Source: the human T2T-CHM13v2.0 reference genome, Homo sapiens. From it: DNA of 64,000 nucleotides. The stretch lies in the NCBI RefSeq assembly GCF_009914755.1, contig NC_060934.1. One strand, written 5' to 3'. The notes under the pieces were generated by a model that ran no database searches, had not been told where the DNA came from, and saw only the letters and a list, made by a program, of their open reading frames with translations. Below are positions 1-15,108 of this stretch, in pieces (the stretch's first letter is position 1; each line of letters starts with the position of its first letter). The position numbers and the translations under genes were made by a program.

Positions 1-2
1 TT

Positions 3-113
<111 letters not shown>

Positions 114-2339
114 TGAATAGGTGGGATTATAGGCGCCTGCCACCATTCCCAGCTAATTTTTGTATTTTTAGTAGAGACGGGGTTTTACCATATTGGCCAG
201 GCTGGTCTGGAACTCCCAACCTCAGGTGATCCACCTGCCTTGGCCTCCCAAAGTGCTGGGATTACAGGTGTGAGTTACCACGCCTGGTCTTGAAGGTAGA
301 ATTTTATATTCAGCCAAATTATCATACAAATGGGAGAGAGTGATGGGAAGAATCACCTGCATTCAAGGGCTCAGAGCACTTGCCACACACAGACCCACAC
401 TAAAAACACTTTTGGAAGAAGATCTCAAAAAATGAAAGGAAAAAAAACCCAGGTAATGCTGCAGGAGGCAAAGGGGAAGAAGAGAGGAGAGAGTCATCAA
501 AGAAAAATAAAAAGAGAGATAATAATGTTTTCAAAACAACCCTGGTTTAGAACTATATTTGTTCCATATAACCTCCATAGTGGCACATGTATGTGTGCAT
601 GTGTGTGTGTGGTGGGATCAGTGGGGGGGTATAAATTAACTGGGCAGGAGAGCAATGCTGAATTAGTTGCATTTTTTTTTTTTTTTTTTTTTTTGAGACA
701 GAGTCTTGCTCTATCACCCAGGCTGGAGTGCAGTGGCACAATCTCAGCTCATCGCAGCCTCCGCATCCTGAGTTCAAGCAATTCTCCTGCCTCAGCCTCC
801 TGGGTAGCTGGGATTACAGGCACATATTACTACTCCTGGCTAATTTTTGTATTTTTAGTAGAGATGGGGTTTCACCACGTTGGCCGGGCTTGTCTCGAAC
901 TCCTGACCTCAAGCAATCTGCCCGCCTCGGCCTCCCAAACTGCTGGGATTATAGGCGTGAGCGACCACGCCCTGGCCTGTACTGGCTGCATTATTAAGGG
1001 CAATATAGATGCTAATAAATGTAAGAAAGCAACTGGAATAAATAAACATGAAATGAGGAATTCAATGCAACTACCATAAGAATAAAAATAGAATCTATGT
1101 ATAATTGTTTCTATTTGGAAAAAATTATTTTTCCTTTACTTCTTGACAATTTTCCAACAAGAGCTAAGTTGCCCACATTCCATGTTGCTGTCTTGGAGTG
1201 GGGAGAAATCTGTCTTCAAGAGAGCGTGAGAGCCAACTGGATCTGCATGGTGTGTGAACAAGACGGGTTACAATAGAAAAACAAAGTCCAGGCTGGCCAC
1301 TTAGCGTAGCTCATCTTGGATGCCTCCAAAAATCTCTAAATGTTGCTCAACTTAGCCAGAATTGTGTTAAACAACACAGGATAAGAGATGAAATCATGTT
1401 TGAGCTCCACTTGTAATCAGAATGCCGGAAGGGATGGCAGAAATCTCCTCCCCCAACTCCCGCCATGGAGGGAGCTAGGTCATATGAAGGAAGGCAACCA
1501 CCAATGACACCCAGCTAGCTAATTTGGTGACAGACCTAGGTCCTTGACACCTTGATATTTCAGCAAGCTGCCTGTCAGTGGTGTCGGGTGAAACATCCAA
1601 AGTAATGTTCTCAACAGCATGCCTCACCTCCCAAATATTTTACAAATATTATCCAAGAATGATGTATTAAGAGTGAGAGTAGTTTCTGTGATTGTTAACT
1701 GCCTTAAACCCCCACATCCTGTTCATGTTACTGGCGTCTGCCTTTGATACTGTATCCATAGCAATGTGCAAATATTGTAAACACTCTGCTGACCCAGGGG
1801 TTTTCTTGCCATTGGCTGAAGGTGCAGCACTAATATGTTGCACATGTACACAGAATGGCCGTAGTTACAGCATTTATGAAGCTTTGACATCTGCACAGCC
1901 AGAGAGCTTGCTGGCTTACGTTCTGCATATCAGAGTATTTCCTAGGTAACTGAAAATAAATACATTATGAAATTTCAATTTTCAGTGTGTCACTAGTGTT
2001 GTTCTGGCGTCCTGTCATGCCTGCTGCAAAACACACTTTGACCAGGAAGGGATGCCTTATGAAATCTCATTATATCCTTTCAATCTGCAGAAGTCCCACA
2101 GAATTCCTTCTGTGTTAATAACAGGAAGATCCAACATGAATTAAAAACTCACTATGTGCTGGGTGTTATGCTAGAGCCTTGCTTGCATTCTTTCATTTAA
2201 TTATCACTTTAAACCCTAGGAAGTAGGTGCTGCTAACCCATTTTTCCCAGTTAGAAAACGGGGGCCGGCCAGGTGCGGCGGCTCACACCTATAATCCCAA
2301 CATTTAGGGAGGCCGAGGCAGGCGGATCATCTGAGGTCA

Positions 2340-2561
<222 letters not shown>

Positions 2562-2889
2562 TTAAGTACCTTGTTTACAGTCAGAGCTAGTGAGTGTAAA
2601 AACAAAAACAAAAACAAAACCTAGTGAGTGGTAGGAACCAGGAATCAAACCTAGATTTCAAGGCCTGCATTTGTATCATGTGTTCACAGCCTAACTATTG
2701 TAAATTGCAGAGGTGACTGTAGCACAAAATCGCTCCCCAGTATTAATATATTCACAGTGGGGCGACGAAGACCCTGGTGAAGGAATGATAGAGTGTGTAA
2801 AAGCAGAGGACCCTTCGTCAGAGGACACCTGAGGATGACTGAAAGAAGCTCGGTGGGAAAGCTGAGCACTTGGAAGAACCAGGGTAACA

Positions 2890-4290
2890 ATGGGACAAAG
2901 TGAAAGCAAACATTCTGCTTCTTTGAATTTCTTAAGGCATTTATTATGAAAAGGGGGAATGAAAAGTTAGTACTCAGGATTTGTTGTCACTCTTTAGCAC
3001 AGAAAAGCAGTTTTGCCCATGGTTTCCGGAACAAGGGACTATGGAGTTGGATGAGTGGGAGAGAATTGGAAGAGATTTTGAAAAGGCGTATAAAGATGGA
3101 GCAGAAATTCCAGTTTCCATTTGGTCAATGTGGGCACTAATAAAGGCAGCTCTTGAGCCATTTCAAACAGAAGATGAGGCAGATTCAGATGAGGAAGAGG
3201 AGGACGAGTGTAAAAAACTAACTTCAGATTCTGAGTGTGAGGAACAGCTACTGGAGGAGATTAAAGAAAAGAAAGGAAAACTTAGAAAAGCATGTTTTAC
3301 TAGCCCGTCAGCTCCATCTGCTGAATTAAGTGAATGGCCACCTCCTCTCTCTCCCCTTAATGGGAGAGAAAATGAATTAGCTGAAAAACTTACTGCTCCT
3401 GTAGTTGCAACATTAAAACCTGGAGCAACTGGTGGTGGTGTATAAAATTCTATTCAAAAAGCTAGAGCTGAGGGAGACCTTGAAACATGGCAATTTCCAG
3501 TTACTATAACCCAGCAAGGAGGACAGAATATAGCTAATTGGGCCACTTTTCCTTTTAAGTTACTAAAGAAATTTAAGCAAGCCATTAGTCAATACGGACC
3601 AAACTCTCCTTTTGTGCAAACTTTGTGGAAAAATGTGGCTCTTGATAATAGGTTATTACCATATGATTGGGATACAAAATCTGTTCTCACTCTGTCTCAG
3701 TATTTACAGTTTAAAACCTGGTGGGCTGATGAAGCTCAAACTCAGGCAAGGGAAAACACACAAGCGCATCCACCTGTGCCTGTTTCCTTTGAACAGTTAA
3801 TGGGAGTTTGCCCTAATTGGGGTCGATTAGAGAATCAAGCAGTAATGGAGGATGTTGCCATTGTTCAGCTGCGCTCTGTGTGCTTACGGGCATGGGAAAG
3901 GATAAATGTTACAGGGGAAAAATATCCTTCTCCCAGTTCTGTCCAACAAGGACCTAAAGAACCATATATTGATTTTATTGCTTGGCTCCAAGAGGCTGTG
4001 TATAAAGCCATAACTGATAAAACAGCTGAGGATGTTGCAGTACAGCTTCTTGCATACGATAATGCTAATGCAGAGTGTCAAACTGCTATTAGAACCCTGA
4101 GAGGGAAAGTTCATTTAGCTGAATATATTAAGGCTGGCAATGGCATTGGAGGTAACTTACATAAGGCTACTCTTTTAGCTCAGGCTATGTCTGGATTGAA
4201 AGTAGGAAAGAGTATGCCCCATTTCTCAGGCTCTTGCTTTAATTGTGGGCAATTTGGACACACAAAAAAGGAATGTAGGAAAGGAAATGC
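2890..4290 (+). pseudogene. HERV-K gag (MA-CA-NC), disrupted by stops and frameshifts
   Basis: ATG GGA CAA = myristoylation-type MGQSESK; FCPWFPEQGT (MA); QGPKEPYIDFI major homology region; a single zinc knuckle CFNCGQFGHTKKEC. Confidence 0.92.
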
Positions 4291-5469
4291 TCTCTAGTAA
4301 TGGAAAAGCCTCAAAAGGTTCAAATTCAAAGAGATAATTTTAAAACCTTAAATGATTTCCAAAAATTCAGCTGAACAACACCTGACAGGACAAAAGGAAA
4401 ATAAAAAGGCTAGACAAGATATATGGTGGAGGGATGCACATATAAAGAGCTGGGAAAAAAGAAATATAATTATATGGGGAAGAGGATTTGCTTATGTCTC
4501 TCCAGGTGACAATCAGGTGCCTGTGTGGCTGCTCACCAAAAATCTGAAGATCTATCATGAACCACAGCATCTAGTGGATCCACTTGTACAGTGCAAATTG
4601 AAGTTTTAAGGATTGCTTTTTTGCTATACTGTTGCACAAGAAGGATAAGCCTCGATTGGCTTCCTCTATGCCTTCTGTTAATCAGAAAAAGCCTGCTTCT
4701 CATTATCAGTGGTAAGTTTTACCCCACGGTAATTAACCAAAGAGGCAGAAGCTGGGTTACAAATGCTTCAGCAATTAAAAAAAACAGAAAAGGCCTTTGC
4801 TTCTGTTTCAGCAGATTTACTAACGTGGGGATGAGGATATGCTTGTGTTTTTGCAGGAGATGAACAAACTGTGTGGGTGCCCTCAAGATGTGTATGACCA
4901 TGGAACGGGAGACTGGAGGGACCCATGGATCCCAACCATGGACCAGGTTCCCCCAGTACGAGCCATGAGCCAGTTGAATCTGAATGCAAAGATGGAACGA
5001 GGACTGACCAGAGTCACGCTGACATCAACCCCCATAACATGGGGAGAGATCAAGAAAACCACACAGGAAGCTGAGAAACTGCTGGAGCGCCAGGGTTTTA
5101 CCTTTTGCTGGGATTCAGAGGTACAGTAGATGCTTAACGGACCAATGCTTTCTGACTGAACTCCTCTCTACCCTGAATAAAAGAGACCCTAATAGCTAGG
5201 CTGGAATATCATTGCCCCTATTCAGCATGAAAAAGTTACAGAAGACGGGCCTTCATCCTTCTGCAACCCTTAGAATTAAGGGTCCTCTTGTGAAAGGGAA
5301 AGGGGAAATATGTAAGAAACATTCAAACCAGAGCAACTCCATTTTGAATAAGGACTAAGAAAAATGAAGCTGGATCACCAACTGGCAATTAAGGGCTGCA
5401 CAGCCTGCAATTGCCTTGCTCAATTAATTTAAAAACAAAGAGGACCTTTTGGATTCAAAGCTGTGTTAT

Positions 5470-5800
5470 GTTACTGTTAAATGCCATCTGGAGGGCAGAG
5501 ATGAAAATCTCACCCTCGATACAGTAAAGCTAAAACAGCAGGTTTTTGAAGCCTCTCAGGCTCACTTGAACCTGCTCCCTGGAACTGATACTTTGAACAA
5601 GACAGCCAATGGGTTGTCTGCAATTGATCCTCTTAAATGGACTAAGGTCATTGGAAGCTCTACACTTGCAGATTTTATTCTAATAATTATGTGCTTGTGC
5701 TGTCTCCTTTTAGTCTGCAGATGCAGGAGCTGCCACTGGAGAGAAAGCTGCCATCGAGAACAAGCAATGATAGCTATGCTGGTTTTACAAAAAAGAAAAG
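5470..5800 (+). pseudogene. HERV-K env TM C-terminal remnant
   Basis: HLEGRDENLTLDTVKLKQQVFEASQAHLNLLPG...MCLCCLLLVCRC resembles the HML env TM ectodomain and membrane anchor. Confidence 0.88.
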
Positions 5801-5807
5801 AGGGACA

Positions 5808-6226
5808 TGTTGGGAGAAAAGCTGAGTGTTGGGAGAGAAGCTGAGGCAGGGCTTGGAACATGTCCAGGATCCAGGGTAAAACCACTGGTGGCCTTTGGAA
5901 TGCACCCAGACTTACTGGCTCCTTGCTTCTAGCACTCCCATTATCTCAAGTAGCCATATGTTTCAAAGAAAATGCTAAACCATTACAGCTGTAGTTCATT
6001 CGCTTGATACACCACTTCCTTTTAACCCCCACATCCTCGCCACCTGTTTCTTTGTTTGATCACCAATGAATAGCATGGGCTCTCAGAGCTCGAGGCCTTC
6101 ACGGCCTCCATACTAGCATTGGCCCCCTGGTCCCACTTTCTCTCTCAACTTGTCTTTTCTCATTCCTTTGACTCCACCAGACTTCATAGCCCCCACGGTC
6201 TGGTGTTGGGTCTGATCACCCCAACA
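5808..6226 (+). mobile_element. 3' LTR (LTR14-family)
   Basis: Starts TGTTGGG right after the PPT and ends CCCCAACA (inverted termini); polyA-signal position reads AATGAA (6065). Confidence 0.85.
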
Positions 6227-8501
6227 TCCACCACCATGCCTGGCTAATTTTTGTATTTTTAATACAGACGGGATTTCACCATGTTGGCCAGGCTGGTCTC
6301 GAACTCCTCCCAAAGTGCTGGGATTACATGTGTGAGCCACCATGCCCAACCATCAGTAAACCTTTAATATTGTCTGGGATCCAAACAGGCCCAGCAAACA
6401 AACAGCCTTGCCAGGAATTGTTCTTCATGGGTGGGGATTTGTGGATGCAGTGCCAAGACTCTCAAATGGAAAAGAGTAAGGACTTAGAGAGCAAGATTAG
6501 AAGGCAGAAGATGTGGCACTTCACTAGCCATGCAACCTTGAACAAATTATTTCACCTCTTTTTTATTTTGAGACAAAGTCTCTCCTCTCTATCACCCAGG
6601 CTGGAGTGCCGTGGCACTATCTCAGCTCACTGCAACCTCTGCCTCCCAAGTCCAAGTGATTCTCATGCCTCAGCCTCCAAGTAGGTGGGATTACAGGCAT
6701 GCACCACCATGCCCGGCTAACTTTTGTATTTCTAGTAGACATGGGGTTTCACCATGTTGCCCAGGCAAGTCTCGAACTCCTGACCTCAGGTGACCCACCC
6801 GCTTTGACCTCCTAATGTGCTGGTACTACAGGCATGATCCACCATGCCTGGCCTCATTTCACCTCTTAAACTTGGGTTTTCTTGTGAGGCACTTACACTT
6901 GATTTATAAGATTCCTCTCAGTTTTAAAATTCCATAAAATTCCAGAAGCACTATCTGGGAGAATTAGTGAGTCCCCTGGGAGAAGTAGTGAGTCCCCTGT
7001 CTCTGGAAGCATTCAAGCAGAATGAGAATAGTCCGTTGTCTGATCTGCTGTAGACAAAATTCGTACATTAGGTAGGAGGTTAATATTTGATTTGAATAAT
7101 TAAGTCAATAATAAAAAATAGCATTGAGTATGTAATATGTGCCCAGCCCTGTTCTAAGCATTTACACGTCTCATTTATTTGATCCTTTCAGTAATTGCAA
7201 GGGGGGTGGGGGGTAGATACTATCCCTATTGTACAGAGGATAGTCTGATCAGAGGCAGCACTAACCAGAGATCTCACAGCTAGGGAGAGATGGAGATTGG
7301 AAATCAGATTGCTGTGGCCCCCACCAAGTCCTAATCACCACCCAATTCTGTCAGCAGACTCCGGGCTCTGGGGTGGGCGTGTCTTCCCACTGGCCTGGGA
7401 TCTGGGTGCAAGGTGACCTGCCTGCCTCCTATCTGACTCCCTCTGAGGCAGGGAATTGAGTGTGGAATGCAGACAGCAGGCTTGCCAACAAAGCCGCTTT
7501 CCCACAGCCTGCAGCAGAAAGCTGCCTTCTGCTGCTTGGGGCTACAAATGCTCTGAGCCCTTCACCAGCAGCCTTATTTTACAGAAGGCGAAACTAACAC
7601 CCAGAAACGGCAAGCTACCTACCCAGGTCACAGAACAAACAAGTGGCACAGTTGCCTGGAGTCCTCACTTCCTGGCCAGTGCTCGATGTTCTGTTTTTTT
7701 TTTTTTTAATCTAAATCATATGACTGCAATCGCTTGCATATGGCAGTCCCTCGGTTTTCTGTTCTGAATATACATATTTTCTTTGTTTCGTTTTGTTTTG
7801 TTTTTTCCTTTGAGACAGAGTTTCACTCTTGTTGCCCAGGCTGGAGTGCAATGGCGTGATCTCAGCTCACTGAAACCTCCACCTCCTGAGTTCAAGCGAT
7901 TCTCCTGCCTCAGCCTCCCGAGTAGCTGGGATTACAGGTGCCTGCCACAATGCCTGGCTAATTTTGTATTTTTAGTAGAGACAGGGTTTCTCCATGTTGG
8001 TCAGGCTGGTCTCGAACTCCTGACTTCAGGTGATCCGCCCACCTCAGCTCCCAAAGTGCTGGGATTACAGGCATGAGCCACCATGCCTGGCATGAATATA
8101 CATATTTTCTAATCAAGGCCTATGTATCAACTACAGCAAATTGGAGATTCACAACAGCGGCAATTATTCAAAATGAAACTCTCTGCCTATTATATTCTAA
8201 AAATTCTAATCCAACCTCACTGCTGCACAAGATATTTATCTCTTGTTGGTCCTGAATCCACACTTGTGCTCCTTTGAGGCAAGTTTCCTCACTAACATTG
8301 AGCCCCCTAATTACATATTAACCTTTGCCCCAGCTGTCACCCAGCCAGAATTCTCCCTGCAGTCCTCTGCTTATCTGGCCTGCTGGGAACTCAGGATCAA
8401 ACAGCACTGAGAATTCAACAATTATTTCTTTCTTCTTTTTTTTTTTTTCTCAAGATCTGCTTTTAGGAGAAGCAATCATTTCAACACTGCATTACAAATG
8501 A

Positions 8502-8949
<448 letters not shown>

Positions 8950-9816
8950 TAGCCAGGATGGTCTCGATCTCCTGCCTCGTGATCTGCCCACCTCGGCCTC
9001 CCAAAGTGCTGGGAGTACAGGCGTGAGCCACTGCGCCCAGCCAATTATTGTATTTTTAGTAGAGACAGAGTTTCACCATGTTGGCCAGGCTGCTCTCGAA
9101 CTCCTGACCTCAAGTGATCCACTCACCTCAGCCTGTCAAAGTGTCAGGATTACATGCATGAGCCACTGCACCTGGCCTCTTTTTTGGTTTTTATGGGCAA
9201 TGTGTACTCTCAGATCACACGTTGGTTTGGGGATCAACCTCAGAGTAAGATGCACATTCACATTCTGGAGGATGACACAGTTAGGAACAGGCTTTAGAAT
9301 CCAGTGTGACCTTGGGCAGATCTTTCATCTGTTCTCAATCGCATTTGTAAAACACAGGCAAAGACTGTCGCAACCTCACAAACAATGTTTGCTGAAAGGA
9401 GAAATGAGTGGTTTTCTGGGCCACTCCATTCTCATCCCGTCACTCTCATGTCTCACTTCATCCTCAAGTGTAGTTGGAGATTGTCATCAACTTCATCCCT
9501 CCCGCCCACCCCTCGTTGGCATCAAGGTCACCTCCAGTGGGTACTCCACACTGAGGAACTGTGCCCTTTGCCACTCAGCTGGGGCCCAAAGCTCTGTTCT
9601 CCACAAAAGTCATAAAGGGACACTAATGGAGATACTGGAAAATCTTACTACATAGAAATATGAAAAGTTCTGTGTTAAAACTATTGTAAGCAAACTGAGA
9701 AAACAATCATGAAACTGGGAGAAATATGTGCAACTCATAGCACGGGCAGAGGTGAACTTCCCTAATACAATGAAGCCTACTAACACAAAAAGAATAAAAA
9801 GAAATAAAGGATATAA

Positions 9817-10200
<384 letters not shown>

Positions 10201-10996
10201 TAATTAAAAAAAAAAATTGCCAGGCACAATGGCTCACATCTGTAATCCCAGCACTTTGGGAGGCAGATCATGAGGTCAAGAGATCGAGACCATCCTGGCC
10301 AACATGGTGAAACCCCCACTCTACTAAAAATACAAAAATTAGCTGGGTGTGGTGGTGTGCACCTGCAGTCCCAGCTACTTGGGTGGCTGAGGCAGGAGAA
10401 TCGCTTCAACCCGGGAGGTGGAGGTTGCAGTGAGCCGAGATCACAGCCACTGCACTCCAGCTTGGTGACAGTGAGTCTCCGTCTCAAAACAACAACAACA
10501 ACAACAACAAAACCTAACTAACAAAAAGCAAAAACGACTGAACTAAGAGAACAATTTTCCATCACGTTGAGGAACATGTTTAAGAGTTTTATGGCCAGGC
10601 GCGGTGGCTCACACCTGTAATCCCAGTACTTTGGGAGGCTGAGGCAGGCAGATCATCTGAGGTCGGGAGTTCGAGACCAGCCTGACCAACATGGAGACAC
10701 CCCAACACTACTAAAACTACCAAATTACCCAGGTGGGATGGCGCATGCCTGTAACCTCAGCTACTTGTAAGGCTTAGGCAGGAGAGTCACTTGAACCCAG
10801 AAGGCGGAGGTTGCGGTGAGCCGAGATCGCGCCATTGTACTCCAGCCTGGGCAACAAGAGTGAAACTCCAACTCAAAAAAGAAAAAAAAAGAGTTTTATG
10901 GGCCGGTCGTGGTGGTTCACTCCTGTAATCCCATCACTTTGGGAGGCTGAGCCTGGTGGATCACCTGAGGTCAGAAGTTTAAGGCTAGCCCGGCTA

Positions 10997-11269
<273 letters not shown>

Positions 11270-11810
11270 TTAAAGTCAGTTCTGTAAGGCAATTTGGCAT
11301 TATCAGTCAAAATCACAAATGCACAGACCCTTTGACTCAGGAATACAGATATATACTGATTCATGCAAAAAATGTATGGACAAGATTTTTCATTGCAAAA
11401 TTGTCATATCATATAATAGGATTTTCTGCACCTGTAAAAAAAGAATGAGAAAGTTCTCTCATATACTGATAGGAAAGATCTCTAAGATGTAAGCAGAGAC
11501 AAATGTGTATAAGTATGCTAACATACACATATGTATCTTCTTATGTAGTGTATGAATAAAATAACTGTGGAAATGTATACCATATTATTGTATAATGCAA
11601 GCATACATTTTTATTCTGCTTGTATATGATTTTCCTAAACTTATACGTATTTACTGATAATCTACATAATGTTTATGTAGATTTCAATCTGCGTTTAACA
11701 AAATTGAATTATTACGCTAATGAATTTTATTTCAAAAATTATCTTTTGGCTGGGTGAGGTGACTCACACCTGTAATCCCAGCACTGTGGGAGGCTGAGGC
11801 AGGTGGATCA

Positions 11811-12041
<231 letters not shown>

Positions 12042-13467
12042 TTATCTTTCATGGTATGTCTACTTTAGAATAATTTCAAAGATCTTTAGGTAACTCAAAA
12101 CCTTGTACTCATTTAATTGATGGATATCTGCTGGGTACATAAATAATTTCTAGGAAAAATGAAAGACTAAAACATGCATTATGAAGCATAATTTAAGTGT
12201 ATATACTTTTTTTTTACACTTGTGGGTTTTTCGGGGGTTTTTTTGTCTTTTTTTTTCCTTTTTGTGGAGATCAGGGTTTCACTATATTGCCCAGCCAGGT
12301 CTCAAACTCCTGGGCTCAAGCTATCCTCCTGCCTCTGCCTCCCTAAGAGTTGGGATTACAGGCCTGAGCCACCACACCCGGCCTTATTTATTTATATATA
12401 TTTTTTGAGACAGAGTTTCACTCTTGGTTGCCCAGGCTGGAGTACAATGGCATGATCTCGGCTCACTGCAACCTCCACCTCCCAGGTTCAAGTGATCCTC
12501 CTGCCCCCAGCCTCCCAAGTAGCTGGGATTACAAGTGCCCGCCACCATGCCTGGCTAATTTTTGTATTTTTCGTAGAGATGGGGTTTCGCCATTTTGACC
12601 AGGCTGGTCTTGAACTCCTGACCTCAGGTGATCCGCTCACCTCAGCCTCCCAAAGTGTTGGATTACAGGCGTGAGCCACCGCACCCGGCCTTCTGTTTTT
12701 TAAGGAAAACAAAGAACTGTAGTTTTATCTTAAAGCAGCAGTTTTGTCTTAAAGTACCCAGATTTGGTTTGGGGCAGGGGGTTTGGGAGTTTTTTGTGGT
12801 TGGTTTGTTTGGTGAAACCTCTTTACACACCTCCAACATATTGAGGACACCAAAGAGCTTTCTTTGTGGATTATAGCTATTAGTATTTACTGTTAAACAT
12901 TTAAACATAACTTTCTAAAAAACATTTTTTCATTCCTCTCAGCACATACCTATAAAACATACTTTTTTTTTTTTTTGAGATGGAATCTCGCTCTGACACC
13001 CAGGCTGGAGTGCGGTGGCATGATCTTGGCTCAGTGAACCCAAGACATCCCAGGTTCAAGTGATTCTCGTGCCTCAGCCTCCTGAGTAGCTGGAACTACA
13101 GGCACCTGCCACCACATCCACCTAATTTTTATATTTTTAGTAGAGACGGGGTTTCACCATGTTGGCCGGGCTGATCTTGAACTCCTCAGGTAATCCACTC
13201 ACTTTGGCCTCCCAAAGTGCTGGGATTACAGGCGTGAGCCACCATGCCCAGCTGCTATAAAACATAACTTTTAAGAAAGCTTATTTAATGATTCATTTAA
13301 AAATAGCAACAATGAATGAAGTACAATAAATATACCTCAGCAGTATTATGAAATTAGTTCTGACCTCATGGGCCCCTTGAGATTGGTCCTAAAATAAAGG
13401 GCGAGTTTACTATAGAATGCAAAAGAGCATGCTGACATGATTTTTTTTTTTTTTAGATGGTGTCTAG

Positions 13468-13563
<96 letters not shown>

Positions 13564-13620
13564 TAGCTGGAAATACAGGCATGCACCACCATGCCTGGCT
13601 AATTTTTGTATTTTTAGTAG

Positions 13621-13740
<120 letters not shown>

Positions 13741-14769
13741 TGAATTTTATTTGCTTTGATTTATAATACCTGAGTTTGGGGGCTGGACGCAGTGGCTCAC
13801 ACCTGTAATCCCAGCACTTTGGGAGGCCAAGGCCAGCGAATCATTTGAGCCCAGGAGTTCCCAGTCCAGCCTAGCCAGCATGGGAAAACCTACTAAAAAA
13901 TACAAAAAGTAGCCAGGTGTGGTGGTGCGTGTCTGTAAGTTCCAAACTATTCGGGAGGCTTAGGTGGGAGGATCACCTCATCCCAAGAGGCGGAGGTTGC
14001 AGTGAACAGAGATCGCACCAGTGCACTCCAGCTTGTGCGACAGAGTGAGACCCTGTCTCGATTAAATCTATATTTATATATATAATGTGTGTGTATATAT
14101 ATATACACACACGTATATATATATGTAAAATACTTGATTCTGAAATATGTTAGACACTATGAAATGTTATTAAGATCTTATAGGGCCGGGCGCGGTGACT
14201 CACGCCTGTAATCCCAACACTTTAGGAGGCGGAGGCGGGCAGATCACGAGGTCAGGAGATTGAGACCATCCTGGCTAACACGGTGAAACCCCGTCTCTAC
14301 TAAAAAGTACAAAAAATTAGACGGGCGTGGTGGCAGACGCCTGTAGTCCCAGCTACTCGGGAGGCTGAGGCAGGAGAATGGCGTGAACCCAGGAGGCAGA
14401 GCTTGCAGTGAAGCCGAGATCGCGCCACTGCACTCCAACCTGGGCGACAGAGGGAGACTCTGTCTCAAAAAAAAAAAAAAAAAAAAAATCTTATAAAAGT
14501 TTGCTTTTATAAGACCATACGGTTTATCATATAATGTATAATATTTTATAATATATAATGCATATAAAACACATCATATGCATTTTAACACATGAAATTT
14601 ACTAACAATCTTAAAAAATTTTGTTTAATATTCATGGCCTTGTTTCCCTAGTTTACTGTTTGTTGTCTTCACCTATACTATGAAGGGTTATTCTTTTTTT
14701 CTATGTAAATCTACCTAGATAGCAAAGATTCAGTGTTTTACCAGAATTATTTTTTGATTTTCATGTTGA

Positions 14770-15108
<339 letters not shown>

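Larger units (their letters stand above)
2757..6226 (+). mobile_element. Defective class II (HERV-K, HERVK14/HML-1-like) provirus lacking its 5' LTR
   Basis: PBS remnant GTGGGGC, leader, gag, pol fragments, env TM remnant, PPT AAAAAAGAAAAGAGGGA (5789-5805), 3' LTR TG...CA. Confidence 0.9.

Noticed and set aside
330-1079. 249-aa ORF and the many similar ORFs containing LSPRLECSG / [14 protein letters not shown]
   Set aside because: These are translations of antisense Alu and poly-T, with no splice or promoter context; they are not genes
1692-1949. ORF containing LLASAFDTV, reminiscent of L2/CR1 RT (LDLSAAFDTV)
   Set aside because: A single short motif with no other RT motifs seen; cannot be supported without an HMM search
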